Source: an uncultured bacterium
GTDB lineage: Bacteria; Planctomycetota; Planctomycetia; Planctomycetales; Planctomycetaceae
Direction of reading: 5' to 3'
Assembly: GCA_963974925.1 (NCBI GenBank)
Contig: CAXBFD010000014.1
Location: 10,027-74,026 of the forward strand
DNA length: 64,000 bases
The translations under genes and the position numbers were made by a program. The stretch's first letter is position 1. The number at the start of each line of letters is the position of its first letter. Below are positions 37,801 through 48,696 of this stretch, piece by piece. The notes beneath the pieces are model-generated. The model was not told the origin of the DNA. It saw only the letters and a program-made list of their open reading frames with translations, and searched no databases.

Positions 37801-40002
37801 ATGAGTATCGACTCTTACGATCCTTGCCCCTGCAATAGCGGAAAAAAATACAAATTTTGCTGTCATTCGATTGGCGATGAAATCAGCAAAATTTCACACC
37901 TGCATGAGACACACCAGACCGCGACTGCATTACAATTGCTGGATCGACTCAAGAAGAATCATCCCGAACAACCTTTGAGTTATATTACAGAGGCTCAGAT
38001 TCTGATGGCGGAGAGGCGGTTTGAAGATGCCCTCAAACCGCTGGAACAATGCCTGGAAGTCGACGCCGACCATCCCGCTGCCCACTCGCTGCTGGCCACC
38101 TCAACGTTTCTGGCGCTAGGCTATAAAAAAGCACAGAAAGCCATTTATACCGCATTACAAAAATGTGCTGCGGTCGACATCAGTCTGGCAACGCCTTTAG
38201 CCATCAGCGTTGCGATCGCACTTCAGATGCGCGGCTACTTTCTGGCAGCGCGTGAACATTTTGCGCTGGCCATGCGAGTCGCTTCCCAGGAATATCAACA
38301 GAATCTGTTTATGAATCTGCTGGAGTTTGACGGCGATGATCAGATCCCTTACCAGTTCCGCGGAGTACACGTCCTCGAACGATGCCCCATTGATGATGCC
38401 GAACATCAGACCATGTTTGAAAAAGCACAACGGCTTGCGAACCTGGGCTGTTATCGGATCGCCGCCGGATTGTTCAAACAAATTGCGGAAGCCACAGGAC
38501 AGGTCACATTGTGGAAAAATGCTGCGTTTTGTTATGCCTGGGCCACAGACGAAATTCAAGCGGCTGAACTTTTTCGCAAAGCCGCGAAATTAGAAAATGA
38601 ATTCGCAGAAGCGGTCGAACTGGAAACACTGGCACAACTGCTCAATTTGAATAACACCAGTGAAATCGTAAATTCGATGGAAAAGGTTTATGAAGTCGAA
38701 TCTCTTTCCAGGTTTCTGACCATACTGGAACAGCATGATCAGATCATGCGAGGAAATGTACCGCCTGAACAGGAACAGGAGCAGGATGAGAGTACTCCCG
38801 CAGCCTATTTTCAAATCGTAAATACTCCCATTGACGTGGAGTCAAAAGGGGAAAATATCACCCTCGATAATGTACCTGTTGTGATTGGCGATATCGATGT
38901 ATTTGACGCCGACCGACAACTGGCACAGCCGGCAATCGTTCGCTTGTATGCTTATGAAGGTGATCAGCTCACATTGGCGGAAAAGCTGCTGGACGAAGCC
39001 CTGGGTGAGCTGGGGAAACAAGACTGCGGTTTAAAACTTTTGGATCGAGAGAGCGCTGTCTCAAGTAATCCACTGTCTCCTATCCCGTCAGAGCAATGGC
39101 CTCTCTTTTTCCGGTGGAATTTTCCACAGAAAATGCCGATTATCAAACGCAGAGAAATGGAAGCACAAAAATGGCAGCAGCTTCTTTCTGAAACCTGGAC
39201 CAACACAAAATTAGCCGGGCTGGGTGGGAAAACTCCCCAGGAAGCTGTCGGCGATGACGATCTGAAAGTCGCTTTAACGGCTGCGGCTTACGTGCTCGAC
39301 GCACAATCTCTTGCCTTGGGTCATTTCCTGAAATTCGACGAACTTGATCCGAAACTCAACATCGCCGAGCTTCCGTCGCTTCAAATTGATGACTCGTCAC
39401 ACTTCAACACCTGCTCTTCGATGACCCAAAACAGAATCCCGGTGAAAGCGCTCAACGACCCGCAGTTAATGTATATTTTCAACCGCGCTTTGCTCATCCG
39501 TCATCCTCGCTTTCTGTATGAAGTGTTAATCGAAATTCTGGATCGTGTGGAATGTAAAAAGGAAGTCGATCTGGATCGCGTTTATTCCACATTAACGGAA
39601 ATTTGTCATAAACGGAATCAGCGGGAAGAAATGCTTACCTGGATCCGTAAAGGTCAGGAAAATGCGAGATCGCAATCGGCCAATGCATTCGAGAGCGAAC
39701 TGCAATGGAAAATGCGCGAGCTTTCATTCCGATTGGAAGATACCACAGATCCAGGGCTTTCCGATTTCATGAAACAAATCTGGGATCAATATGGCAAAAA
39801 GACCCCCCAAATCAAAGAATATCTCAAAGCATTCGCTCAGGCCTTTGAACTGGATGTACCCTGGATGAAAGAATCTGCTTTTTCAGATCCAGCAGGTATG
39901 CCGGGTAATACATCAAACGAAGGCATTTGGTCTCCAGGAGATCTCGCATCAGATACACCTTCCGATTCGGGGCAGAAGCTCTGGTTGCCAGGACAGTCAT
40001 AA
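37801..40002 (+). CDS. SEC-C motif-containing protein with TPR-like helical repeats
   Basis: The N-terminal DPCPCNSGKKYKFCC is the SEC-C metal-binding motif. The rest is helical-repeat-like. Confidence 0.7.
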   Translation: MSIDSYDPCPCNSGKKYKFCCHSIGDEISKISHLHETHQTATALQLLDRLKKNHPEQPLSYITEAQILMAERRFEDALKPLEQCLEVDADHPAAHSLLATSTFLALGYKKAQKAIYTALQKCAAVDISLATPLAISVAIALQMRGYFLAAREHFALAMRVASQEYQQNLFMNLLEFDGDDQIPYQFRGVHVLERCPIDDAEHQTMFEKAQRLANLGCYRIAAGLFKQIAEATGQVTLWKNAAFCYAWATDEIQAAELFRKAAKLENEFAEAVELETLAQLLNLNNTSEIVNSMEKVYEVESLSRFLTILEQHDQIMRGNVPPEQEQEQDESTPAAYFQIVNTPIDVESKGENITLDNVPVVIGDIDVFDADRQLAQPAIVRLYAYEGDQLTLAEKLLDEALGELGKQDCGLKLLDRESAVSSNPLSPIPSEQWPLFFRWNFPQKMPIIKRREMEAQKWQQLLSETWTNTKLAGLGGKTPQEAVGDDDLKVALTAAAYVLDAQSLALGHFLKFDELDPKLNIAELPSLQIDDSSHFNTCSSMTQNRIPVKALNDPQLMYIFNRALLIRHPRFLYEVLIEILDRVECKKEVDLDRVYSTLTEICHKRNQREEMLTWIRKGQENARSQSANAFESELQWKMRELSFRLEDTTDPGLSDFMKQIWDQYGKKTPQIKEYLKAFAQAFELDVPWMKESAFSDPAGMPGNTSNEGIWSPGDLASDTPSDSGQKLWLPGQS

Positions 40003-40090
40003 ATGGATCAATCCTGTTTTGAACGCACTCTTCCTGATTGAAGAGCGTGAAAATGTCAGATACTCATCGTGCAGAAAAGCAGATCAGTCA

Positions 40091-41221
40091 GTGAATACCA
40101 TCAGGCAGTTTTCCAGTCCCGAAGCGGTGATGCAACGCGCCCTTGAATTGGCCCGCCTGGGGACAGGGTCTGTTGAACCGAATCCTGCAGTCGGCGCGGT
40201 GATTGTTACTGAGGACCTGCAACTGATCGGCGAAGGATACCATCAACATTATGGCGGCCCCCACGCCGAGATCCATGCCTTGACAATGGCGGGAAATCGA
40301 GCACAGGGAGCCACTGTTTATGTGACCCTGGAACCCTGCTGTCACCAGGGGAAAACGGGCCCCTGCTCGCAAGCCTTAATTCAAGCCGGTGTCAAAAAAG
40401 TTGTGATTGCCATGCGGGATCCTGCACCGCACGTTGACGGAGGTGGAATAGCTGAACTGCAACAGGCGGGAATTGAAGTAGAAGTCGGACTGCTGGAATC
40501 TGCAGCACAAACACTGGTGCGGCCTTTCGTAAAACGCGTCACGCAGAGTCTTCCCTGGGTACACGCCAAGTGGGCAATGACGCTGGATGGAAAAATCGCC
40601 ACTAAAACCGGGCATTCACAGTGGATTTCAAATGAACGTTCCCGCGAGATCGTGCACCAGCTTCGTGGCCGCATGGACGCCATTATGGTCGGTCACCGGA
40701 CGGCGGAAAAAGACAACCCGCTGTTAACGGTTCGACCGGCGGGAGCGAGAACCCCGGCTCGGATCATCGTTGATTCACAGGCGGCCCTCTCCTGCCAGTC
40801 AAAACTGGTTCAATCAATCAGCGATGCGCCTGTCATTGTGATCGCACACGAATCGGCGCCTGCCCAGAACATCAAACAACTTGAACAGGCCGGCGTCGAG
40901 GTTTTGCTGTTTCAGGGTTCATCGCAAACCGAGACCAGGCACCCCGATCTTAAACAGTGCCTGCAGGAACTAAGTCGCAAAGAGATGACGAACATACTCA
41001 TCGAAGGAGGCGGCAGTTTGCTCGGGACCTGTTTTGATGAACAGTTGATTGATGAAGTCCACGTCTTCATTGCACCGAAGATCGCAGGGGGCAAAACCGC
41101 GATCACTCCCATCGCAGGGCAGGGACGGGATCTGATTCCACAATTCCAGAATCTGGCTGAGTACCAGATCCAAATTCTGGATTCGGACATTTACGTGCAA
41201 GGCGTGCTTGAATATCAGTGA
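40091..41221 (+). CDS. ribD: bifunctional riboflavin biosynthesis protein RibD (deaminase/reductase)
   Basis: HAEIHAL and LEPCCHQGKTGPC deaminase zinc motifs, followed by the reductase domain (WAMTLDGKIA, IEGGG). The start is uncertain: TTG 40019, GTG 40091 or ATG 40130. GTG 40091 retains the conserved N-terminal helix. Confidence 0.85.
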   Translation: MNTIRQFSSPEAVMQRALELARLGTGSVEPNPAVGAVIVTEDLQLIGEGYHQHYGGPHAEIHALTMAGNRAQGATVYVTLEPCCHQGKTGPCSQALIQAGVKKVVIAMRDPAPHVDGGGIAELQQAGIEVEVGLLESAAQTLVRPFVKRVTQSLPWVHAKWAMTLDGKIATKTGHSQWISNERSREIVHQLRGRMDAIMVGHRTAEKDNPLLTVRPAGARTPARIIVDSQAALSCQSKLVQSISDAPVIVIAHESAPAQNIKQLEQAGVEVLLFQGSSQTETRHPDLKQCLQELSRKEMTNILIEGGGSLLGTCFDEQLIDEVHVFIAPKIAGGKTAITPIAGQGRDLIPQFQNLAEYQIQILDSDIYVQGVLEYQ

Positions 41222-41256
41222 TCGATTGCCGCTGCCCGCAATTTCGAAAAACCGAT

Positions 41257-41751
41257 TTAATGTAATGAACGCGAAAGCGTGTTAAGCAAGGTTCGCAATT
41301 CGGGACGTTGTCTGATCACACCAACCAGTGCATATTTGCTTAAGTTGCTTCCATACATCTGCCGGTTGAGTGTCGGACGAACTTCCTGTTTGAAATAATG
41401 ATCCTGACGGAGACGAATCGCCGCATAGCTGGCAGCCATCGCGATCAGCCCCAGGCCCAGATCCAGATACCAGCCACCCCATCCCAGAACCAATGTTTTA
41501 TGAATCAATACACAAACCCAGAACCAGACAAGCGTCGCGATCCAGACAGGGCGGGCGACCAATGCATTCAGTCTCTCATTGGCATGAACCAGATGACCAT
41601 AGAATTCCGGACTCGCCATCTCATCAAGTGAACGATCTTTCTGAAAGTTTTCACAGACCAATTCACCTTGACTGCGCGAAACAAGAACCGATTCTCCTTC
41701 GTCAGGGAGAAAATCAGCTAAATATTCCAATTCTTCAAAGGGTGTACTCAT
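41257..41751 (-). CDS. hypothetical membrane protein (164 aa)
   Basis: Two central hydrophobic helices (VWIATLVWFWVCVLI, LGLGLIAMAASYAAI). Confidence 0.45.
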   Translation of the reverse strand: MSTPFEELEYLADFLPDEGESVLVSRSQGELVCENFQKDRSLDEMASPEFYGHLVHANERLNALVARPVWIATLVWFWVCVLIHKTLVLGWGGWYLDLGLGLIAMAASYAAIRLRQDHYFKQEVRPTLNRQMYGSNLSKYALVGVIRQRPELRTLLNTLSRSLH

Positions 41752-41875
41752 TCCGTTTCCCTTACCTCAATCCCTATCGCTGACTAGTTCCAACAGCATT
41801 TATTTTTCAGCCAGAAACACAGCAGAGTGTTGAGCTGTCATGATTCACTACAGAAAATCGATCTTGAGAACGTAC

Positions 41876-43279
41876 TCAAAAAGACCGAATTACATCTATT
41901 ATTTTATCTAAATCGTTCTCGACGACAATAGGTCCGTTCGAAAAAGGAGCTTTGTTAACTCCGTGGTTCGTTAATTTCTCATCCATATGTTCATCAGTTG
42001 CGGAATGATAAGCAACCGTTGCGGTGGGGTCTTTTAACTGATGCCCGGTCAGAATACAAACGACGCGATCACCGGAGGCAATCACTCCTTCACTTTTGAG
42101 CAATCTGGCTCCCGCGACACTGGCGGCACTGGCTGGTTCACAACCGAATCCTCCCGCGCCAATCTGTGCTTTTGCATCAAGAATGTCCTGATCGTTTACT
42201 TCTCGCACAACACCATCGCATACATCAAGGGCTCTCAACGATTTCGAAAAATTAACCGGTCGGTTGATTTCAATCGCACTGGCCAGGGTTGAGGCGCGTC
42301 GGTTCTCTTGATCCATCTGCGAAAAGAAGTCGGTCGAAGCAGGACGATCATAGTGACCGCCGTTCCAACGCAGACCATGCTCTTCGTAAAGCTGATAAAG
42401 CGTGTTGGCTCCCTGTGCATTGATAATCGCCAGACGGGGAATCCGGTCAATCAGCCCCAGCGCTTTCAGTTCCATAAACGCTTTGCCGAACGCGCTGGAG
42501 TTCCCCAGATTTCCGCCCGGAACCACAATCCAGTCCGGAACCTCCCAGTTCAGGCTTTCCAGGACGCGGAACATGATTGATTTCTGGCCTTCCAGCCGAA
42601 ACGGATTCACACTGTTGCACAGGTAAATCCCTTCCTGTTGACAGACTTCACGAACGCGCGCCAGGGCGTCATCAAAGTCCCCCTGAATCTGAATCGTTTT
42701 TGCGCCGTAGTCGAGTGCCTGCGATAATTTTCCAAACGCAATTTTTCCACTGCCCACAAACACAACCACTTTAAATTTTTGCGCCACGCTGGAATAGATT
42801 GCCAGCGACGCACTGGTATTGCCTGTGGAGGCACACGCAGCAACTTTGGCTCCCACCATGACCGCATGCGTGGAAGCAGCCGTCATGCCATTATCTTTAA
42901 AGCTGCCGGAGGGGTTCAGTCCCTCATACTGCAGATAGAGGCCCTCATCCTTCAGGCCGGCATACCGTGCGACGGACGGTGATGCTTTCAGCATCGTCTG
43001 CCCCTCGCCGATCGTGATGATCTGATTGTCCCGGGCGAAGGGTAACAGTTCACGGAATCGCCAGACCCCGCTGAAATCAATCGGGTTGTTCCGATTGCTC
43101 CAGCGTTTTTCAAATTCGCGTAACGACTGAGGTACTGGAACCTGATCCCACTGATAGGAAACATCCAGCAGTTCGCCACATTTCGGGCAGCCTGTTAAAA
43201 CTTCATCTAACGAATAGGTTGCCTCACAAGCAGGGGAAATGCATTTCTGGTAAGCAATTTCAGTCGATACAGTAGAAAT
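41876..43279 (-). CDS. thrC: threonine synthase, long form with N-terminal zinc ribbon; non-canonical start inferred
   Basis: PLP-lysine context [11 protein letters not shown]. The track ORF starts at Met 42994, but the same frame stays open to 43291. That upstream stretch encodes CISPAC...CPKCG and WRFRELLPF, which are conserved ThrC N-terminal elements. See the finding for the start-codon problem. Confidence 0.85.
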   Translation of the reverse strand: MSTVSTEIAYQKCISPACEATYSLDEVLTGCPKCGELLDVSYQWDQVPVPQSLREFEKRWSNRNNPIDFSGVWRFRELLPFARDNQIITIGEGQTMLKASPSVARYAGLKDEGLYLQYEGLNPSGSFKDNGMTAASTHAVMVGAKVAACASTGNTSASLAIYSSVAQKFKVVVFVGSGKIAFGKLSQALDYGAKTIQIQGDFDDALARVREVCQQEGIYLCNSVNPFRLEGQKSIMFRVLESLNWEVPDWIVVPGGNLGNSSAFGKAFMELKALGLIDRIPRLAIINAQGANTLYQLYEEHGLRWNGGHYDRPASTDFFSQMDQENRRASTLASAIEINRPVNFSKSLRALDVCDGVVREVNDQDILDAKAQIGAGGFGCEPASAASVAGARLLKSEGVIASGDRVVCILTGHQLKDPTATVAYHSATDEHMDEKLTNHGVNKAPFSNGPIVVENDLDKIIDVIRSF

Positions 43280-43552
43280 CGGAGTTACTCCTCAATTTCG
43301 GGTAAATTTTTTGATTTCGCTTCAGGATTCAAGATTCATAAAGACAGGCGTTTATTGTCCTGACAGGATCAGGTATTCGCAACTGAAAGTCCATTGATTC
43401 AGAGCGTTTTTCCGGGAAGGACAGGCGATAAGCAAGTATGTTCTGTCTCTCACTTCTTGTATTTATAATTATAACGCCTTACATTGATATGATTAACAGC
43501 GATTTTTCCGATTCCCTCCATTCCATTCCTTCATACTTCAGGCATTACAAAT

Positions 43553-44743
43553 ATGTTCGAACTTTCAAATGTACAAGCAGCATTAAAACAATTCTCGCTG
43601 GACGGCTGGTTGTTCTACGATTTTCGCGGGAGTAATGTCCTGACCAGGAGAATTCTCGATATCCCGGACGAACCAATGGGGTCTCGTCGTTTTTTCTATT
43701 TCGTCCCCCAGTCAGGACAGCCGGTGAAACTGGTCCACCGAATTGAATCAGAGGCCCTCGATCATCTGCCCGGAGAGAAAATCGTCTATTTGAAATGGCA
43801 GGAGCTGGAAGCCGGTATTGGAACAATCCTCCGCGAAGCAAAGCGGATTGCAATGGAATATTCTCCGCGGAATTCCAATCCCTCGATTTCTCGCGTTGAT
43901 GCGGGCACTGTGGAACTGGTTCGTGAATCCGTTGATTCGATCGTCTCCTCGGGCGATCTGGTCCAGCTCTTCGAAGCAGTCTGGGATGCAGAGCAATGGG
44001 AATTACATCAGAAAGCGGGTGTCGAAACGGACCAGGCATTTGAGATCGCCTGGTCGTTCATCGCGACTCAGATTCGAGAGCAGGGGAGCATTGCAGAAGC
44101 AGCCGTTTCCGATGTGATCATGCAGCACTTCAAACAGACAGGCTTGACCACCTACCATCCGCCGATTGTTGCAAGGGAAGCGCACAGCGGTGATCCTCAT
44201 TACGAAACAGGAACGGGCATTGATACCGCCATACGAGAGGGGGATTTCGTATTGATTGATCTGTGGGCCAAACTGGACCTCCCGCGGGCCGTTTACAGTG
44301 ATATGACGCGTGTTGGTTTTGTGGGGCAACAAGTGCCTGAAAGCTACTCGAAAATATTTCATATTGTCGCAGAGGCGCGGGATGCGGGAATCACTCTGGT
44401 GGAACAAGCATTCCAGTCAGGTACCTCCCTTCAAGGCTGGGAAGTCGATCAGGCTTGCAGGAATGTCATCGAGCGGGCGGGTTACGGGGCGTATTTCGTC
44501 CATCGGACCGGTCATAACATTGGTCAGGAAACGCACGGCAACGGTGCCAATATGGACAACCTCGAAACACACGAAGAACGGCTCGTCTTACCCCGAACCT
44601 GTTTCTCAATTGAACCGGGAATTTATCTGCCCGAGTTTGGAGTGCGCAGCGAAGTGAATGTTTTTGTGGATGAACAGAAAAAGGTCCACATCACAGCCGG
44701 GGAACGCCAGACAGAAATCCTGCCGATCTTGAGAGCATATTAG
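43553..44743 (+). CDS. M24 family Xaa-Pro aminopeptidase/dipeptidase
   Basis: Pita-bread fold metal ligands: VLIDLWA (Asp), HRTGHNIGQETHG, and FSIEPGIY...RSEVNV. Confidence 0.8.
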   Translation: MFELSNVQAALKQFSLDGWLFYDFRGSNVLTRRILDIPDEPMGSRRFFYFVPQSGQPVKLVHRIESEALDHLPGEKIVYLKWQELEAGIGTILREAKRIAMEYSPRNSNPSISRVDAGTVELVRESVDSIVSSGDLVQLFEAVWDAEQWELHQKAGVETDQAFEIAWSFIATQIREQGSIAEAAVSDVIMQHFKQTGLTTYHPPIVAREAHSGDPHYETGTGIDTAIREGDFVLIDLWAKLDLPRAVYSDMTRVGFVGQQVPESYSKIFHIVAEARDAGITLVEQAFQSGTSLQGWEVDQACRNVIERAGYGAYFVHRTGHNIGQETHGNGANMDNLETHEERLVLPRTCFSIEPGIYLPEFGVRSEVNVFVDEQKKVHITAGERQTEILPILRAY

Positions 44744-45289
44744 CCAGACGGCCCAACGACGGGAATTATTCCTGATCGATTCGAAGCATCTCATCTAAAA
44801 TGACAGGGTGCCAGAGACCGTCGCGCTGCGATTCCTCAGTATAGTTCCTTCTTGCCCAGGTACGCAGCTTCATCTCCTCAATCGCATCAACGGAAAGTCT
44901 GTTTGCCTCTTGTGCTGAAAAAGGAATGGTAGCTGAAATTCCCAACGGTCTTCTCCTCACTCTAAACGTTCTGAGAAAAAAATTCGGCGAACCAGCTTCC
45001 TGCAGCCGCGCGACCCTATTTGTTAAAGAACAACTCTGAATTCTCTCTCCTGGAAACGACGGAATTCCTGATCAGAATCCCCTGAGAATATGAGAGAGAA
45101 TTTCAGTCTTCCGGCAATGATCACTCCTGAAACGAATCGCCGGATTCGTCAGATATTGTACCTTTTCTACTCTAATTTCAAGTCAAAATTTGCCCCCAAA
45201 GAGCATTAATGACGGAAGGCCAGATACTGTCGGGAGTTAGAATTTCCATCCTGGCGGGAGAGAAAACAGGCTTTCCGCCTCGGAGCCCT

Positions 45290-46453
45290 TTATTTTACCA
45301 AGGAGACATCGACAGTAGTACCCATGGGCAGATCGGGCCAGAGTCGCCCTGCCGGCTCAACATAAACCAGGATCACGCTCTCATTAAAGCCTGGTTTTTG
45401 AACGGCCTGCTCTGAAATTTTATGGACCGTCCCTTTCCCTTTAATATTACCGGAAAAGACCACTTTCACTTCGGTTCCCTTATTAAACAGACACACCTTT
45501 CGAGAAGGGACCTCCACAACCAGATACGGATGCTCTTTGTCAAACAGCTCCACAATCGGAGCACCTTTCTTAACCGGATCGCCGACTTCATGTTCGAAGA
45601 TTCCCACTACCCCGTATCGGCCCGCTTTCAGCAGCAACGCCTCGCGCTGTGCTTCCAGTTGTTTGATTTCATTTTTTACCCGTTCCAGACGATTCATCAT
45701 CACTTCAACGCCCATTGCCAAACGAATCTGATTCGGGAGTTTTTTCTGAATCGCTTTCAGTTCTGCCATTTGTTCTTCACAGAGTTTGACCCGGGCAGAG
45801 AACACTTCAGCAGAATTTCGAGCTGATTCCTGGCGTAACATTGCCGTGATCCGGTTTTCATCGGGCAGGCGGCTCTCATAAACCAGAGACCGAAACACTT
45901 CTTCGCTGGACCCGTTGCTGGAAAGAGAATCGTAATCCTGAAGAAAATCCTGCCATGCCAGATTTGTAATCTGATGAATATACTGCTCTTTGAGATATTG
46001 CGAAGATTTCAACTTGGCATTAAAAACTTCCGACTCGATTTCCTTATTTCGTAACGCTAATTCTACTTCTGTTTTTGCCTTCGACTGTTCCAACTCGGCT
46101 TCCAGCGCAACCAATTCCTGCTGCTTGGCTTTCCAGTTTTTATCCAGAGCATGATCAAAAAGAGTCACCACGATTTCGCCACTGGCGACAATTTGCCCTT
46201 CTTTCACATGGATGTCCTGAATGACCGCTTCATTTTTAGAAGCAATGATCGCTTTCGGTGCCTGCAGCGTGCCAACATAGGTATCGACGCGAATCCCTTT
46301 CACCCATTGCGCACAGCTGATCCCACCCACCAGGGCGGCCATTAAAATCATAATCGCCCGCAGCCCAAATGAAGATGGGGATTCGTGCAGATTATGTTGA
46401 ACTTGATAGTCATCCAATAATTCAGAAGGCATTTCTGGCTGTCCTACAATCAT
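45290..46453 (-). CDS. HlyD-family membrane fusion (periplasmic adaptor) protein
   Basis: N-terminal TM helix, a lipoyl-like hairpin VKEGQIVASGEIVVTLFD, a long coiled coil, and a C-terminal beta-barrel (GAPIVELFD...). No cognate pump gene is adjacent. Confidence 0.7.
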   Translation of the reverse strand: MIVGQPEMPSELLDDYQVQHNLHESPSSFGLRAIMILMAALVGGISCAQWVKGIRVDTYVGTLQAPKAIIASKNEAVIQDIHVKEGQIVASGEIVVTLFDHALDKNWKAKQQELVALEAELEQSKAKTEVELALRNKEIESEVFNAKLKSSQYLKEQYIHQITNLAWQDFLQDYDSLSSNGSSEEVFRSLVYESRLPDENRITAMLRQESARNSAEVFSARVKLCEEQMAELKAIQKKLPNQIRLAMGVEVMMNRLERVKNEIKQLEAQREALLLKAGRYGVVGIFEHEVGDPVKKGAPIVELFDKEHPYLVVEVPSRKVCLFNKGTEVKVVFSGNIKGKGTVHKISEQAVQKPGFNESVILVYVEPAGRLWPDLPMGTTVDVSLVK

Positions 46454-46863
46454 CCAGATTCATTCATTGATACCGCTGACGCTCCACAGCACGTCTCTTA
46501 TCGAATCGGAATCTGAAGGACCAGAATTTACCTCAAAACCGTCAAATTCCACACCATCGCTCACATTGCTGTCAAACTTTAACGCCTGCGAAGACTACTG
46601 CCGAATCTTCCGACAGCAAAACAGACAATATATATTCATATGAACACACCGCAAGTTGTCGCAGCAAAAGCGGTTCAGCGTCAAATCCTGTCAACAATGC
46701 AAAGATCTTTTCCACCTGGTCTGTTAAATCAGCCACCGGGTAACCCACCCCCTGTGCAGTCGCAATTCTCAAAATCTTCCGCTAGGATGACTTCATACGG
46801 TTTGGCAGTGATGGACCAAATTCGGCCTCTCAAACATCCTCAAATGAAAGTGAAACAGGCTTC

Positions 46864-47571
46864 ATGAAACCGATCGTACAAATCTCTTTAGATCTGACCA
46901 ACATCGAAGAAGCGCTGGAAACAGCGGCAATGGCCATGCGAGCCGGCGTTGACTGGCTGGAAGCGGGTACGCCTCTGATTCTGGCAGAAGGTTTGAATTG
47001 CGTTCGTGCGCTTCGAAAACACTTTCCGGAAACACCGATTGTTGCCGATTTAAAAACAATGGACGGCGGTTATCTGGAAGCAGAAATGATGGCCAAAGCG
47101 GGTGCCACACATGTGGTGGTGATGTCACGTGCTCATGAGGAGACCATTCGATGTGTTGTCAAAGCAGGCAAAGATCATGGTGTAAAAGTTATGGGAGACA
47201 ACCTGGCCGATGACATGGTCTCTGCTGCCAGAAGACTGGAAGATCTGGGCTGCGACTACGTGATCCATCATATCGGCTACGACGAACGGCGGGGAATTGC
47301 CGCGCGAGGAGAGCGCATGCCCAGCCCGTTGGATCAACTGAAAGAAGTCGTGGCAGCTGTCAGTATTCCCGTTCAGGCCGTCGGAGGCCTCTCTCTGGAA
47401 CAAGCCATCCGGACGCCTGAATATGGGGCGCCGCTGGTTGTGCTGGGAGCCCCCCTCACCATCGATGCCGATTCGTTCAAAACCGCCGACGGAAATCTGG
47501 AAGACTCCTTAAGATTGATTTGCGAAAAAGTACATGCATACGGTGATGTTCCAGTAGGAGGTCAAAAATGA
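46864..47571 (+). CDS. 3-hexulose-6-phosphate synthase / 3-keto-L-gulonate-6-P decarboxylase family (OMPDC superfamily)
   Basis: The N-terminus IVQISLDLTNIEEAL...VDWLEAGTPLI and ADLKTMD are typical of the HPS/KGPDC family. Confidence 0.7.
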   Translation: MKPIVQISLDLTNIEEALETAAMAMRAGVDWLEAGTPLILAEGLNCVRALRKHFPETPIVADLKTMDGGYLEAEMMAKAGATHVVVMSRAHEETIRCVVKAGKDHGVKVMGDNLADDMVSAARRLEDLGCDYVIHHIGYDERRGIAARGERMPSPLDQLKEVVAAVSIPVQAVGGLSLEQAIRTPEYGAPLVVLGAPLTIDADSFKTADGNLEDSLRLICEKVHAYGDVPVGGQK

Positions 47572-48608
47572 GTCAGACAGAATTGACACAAACGGCTGTT
47601 GTAAATTATGCCCCTGAGGCAAAATCGGTTGAGTTACAGGAAATCCCGATACCGGAGTTCGGTGCCGACGATGTGCTGCTTGAAGTTTCTGCGGTCGGAG
47701 TTTGCGGTAGCGACCTGCATCAATGGACGGCGGACCATAGCTGGCCCGTGAATTACCCGGTTGTACTCGGCCACGAATTTGCAGGCACGATTTTTAAGAC
47801 AGGCAACCTGGTAAAAAACTGGTCTCCCGGTAATCGCGTTGTCAGCGAGACAGCGGCGATCATCGATCCTGATAACCCCATGTCACGAGAAGGTCGCTAC
47901 AATCTGGATCCCACTAGAAAAGGATTCGGATATGGCGTCAATGGCGCAATGACACGCTTCGTGCGTGTTCCAGCACGCTGCCTGCATCGTGTTCCCGACA
48001 GTTTACCACTAGAAAAAGCGGCGCTCACCGAACCTTGCTGTGTGGCTTACAATGCCGTGGTCATGAACGGCGAAATTCGACCGGGGGATCGGATCGTTGT
48101 ATTTGGCCCCGGCCCCATCGGTTTACTCTGTGCGGCAATGGCCCGACTGCAGGGAGCCGAAGTCGCAGTGGTTGGCCTCGAACGAGACAGAGGACGCCTG
48201 GAAATTGCCGAACGTCATTACGGTTGCCAGCCGATGATCGAAGGTCTGGATGAATGGGCGCGGGAGACGGATGGTCTGGGTGTGAATGGAGTGGTGGATG
48301 CAGCCGGCGTCTCAGTCACACTGAAAAAATCGCTGGAAATTGTCCGTCCGGGTGGCTGGATCAGCAAAGTAGGCTGGGGCCCTCAACCACTGGGTTTTTC
48401 TCTCGATCCTTTAGTGCAAAAAAATATTCGATTGCAAGGCAGCTTCAGTCACAACTGGACCATCTGGGAACGCGTGATTCGATTACTGACAACAGGCCAG
48501 TTGAACATCGAGCCGATCATCGGCGGAATCTGGTCGTTGAACGAATGGCATACCGCTTTTGAAACCATGCATTCCGGTGAAATTGTCAAAGCCGTACTCA
48601 CTCCGTAA
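47568..48608 (+). CDS. zinc-dependent medium-chain alcohol/polyol dehydrogenase
   Basis: GVCGSDLH, GHEFAG, and the Rossmann motif GPGPIGL. The start forms an ATGA overlap with the upstream gene. Confidence 0.8.
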   Translation: MSQTELTQTAVVNYAPEAKSVELQEIPIPEFGADDVLLEVSAVGVCGSDLHQWTADHSWPVNYPVVLGHEFAGTIFKTGNLVKNWSPGNRVVSETAAIIDPDNPMSREGRYNLDPTRKGFGYGVNGAMTRFVRVPARCLHRVPDSLPLEKAALTEPCCVAYNAVVMNGEIRPGDRIVVFGPGPIGLLCAAMARLQGAEVAVVGLERDRGRLEIAERHYGCQPMIEGLDEWARETDGLGVNGVVDAAGVSVTLKKSLEIVRPGGWISKVGWGPQPLGFSLDPLVQKNIRLQGSFSHNWTIWERVIRLLTTGQLNIEPIIGGIWSLNEWHTAFETMHSGEIVKAVLTP

Positions 48609-48696
48609 CCTTGTGAGCAACTCCCGCTACATAATTAAACTCAGTACAACTTTTTACGGTTGTGCAATACTTCAAACCTGACTCAATGGGACTTCC

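Noticed and set aside
45255-45289. Possible terminator after the HlyD-family gene
   Set aside because: Only a 4-bp GGCT/AGCC stem could be drawn. Not convincing.
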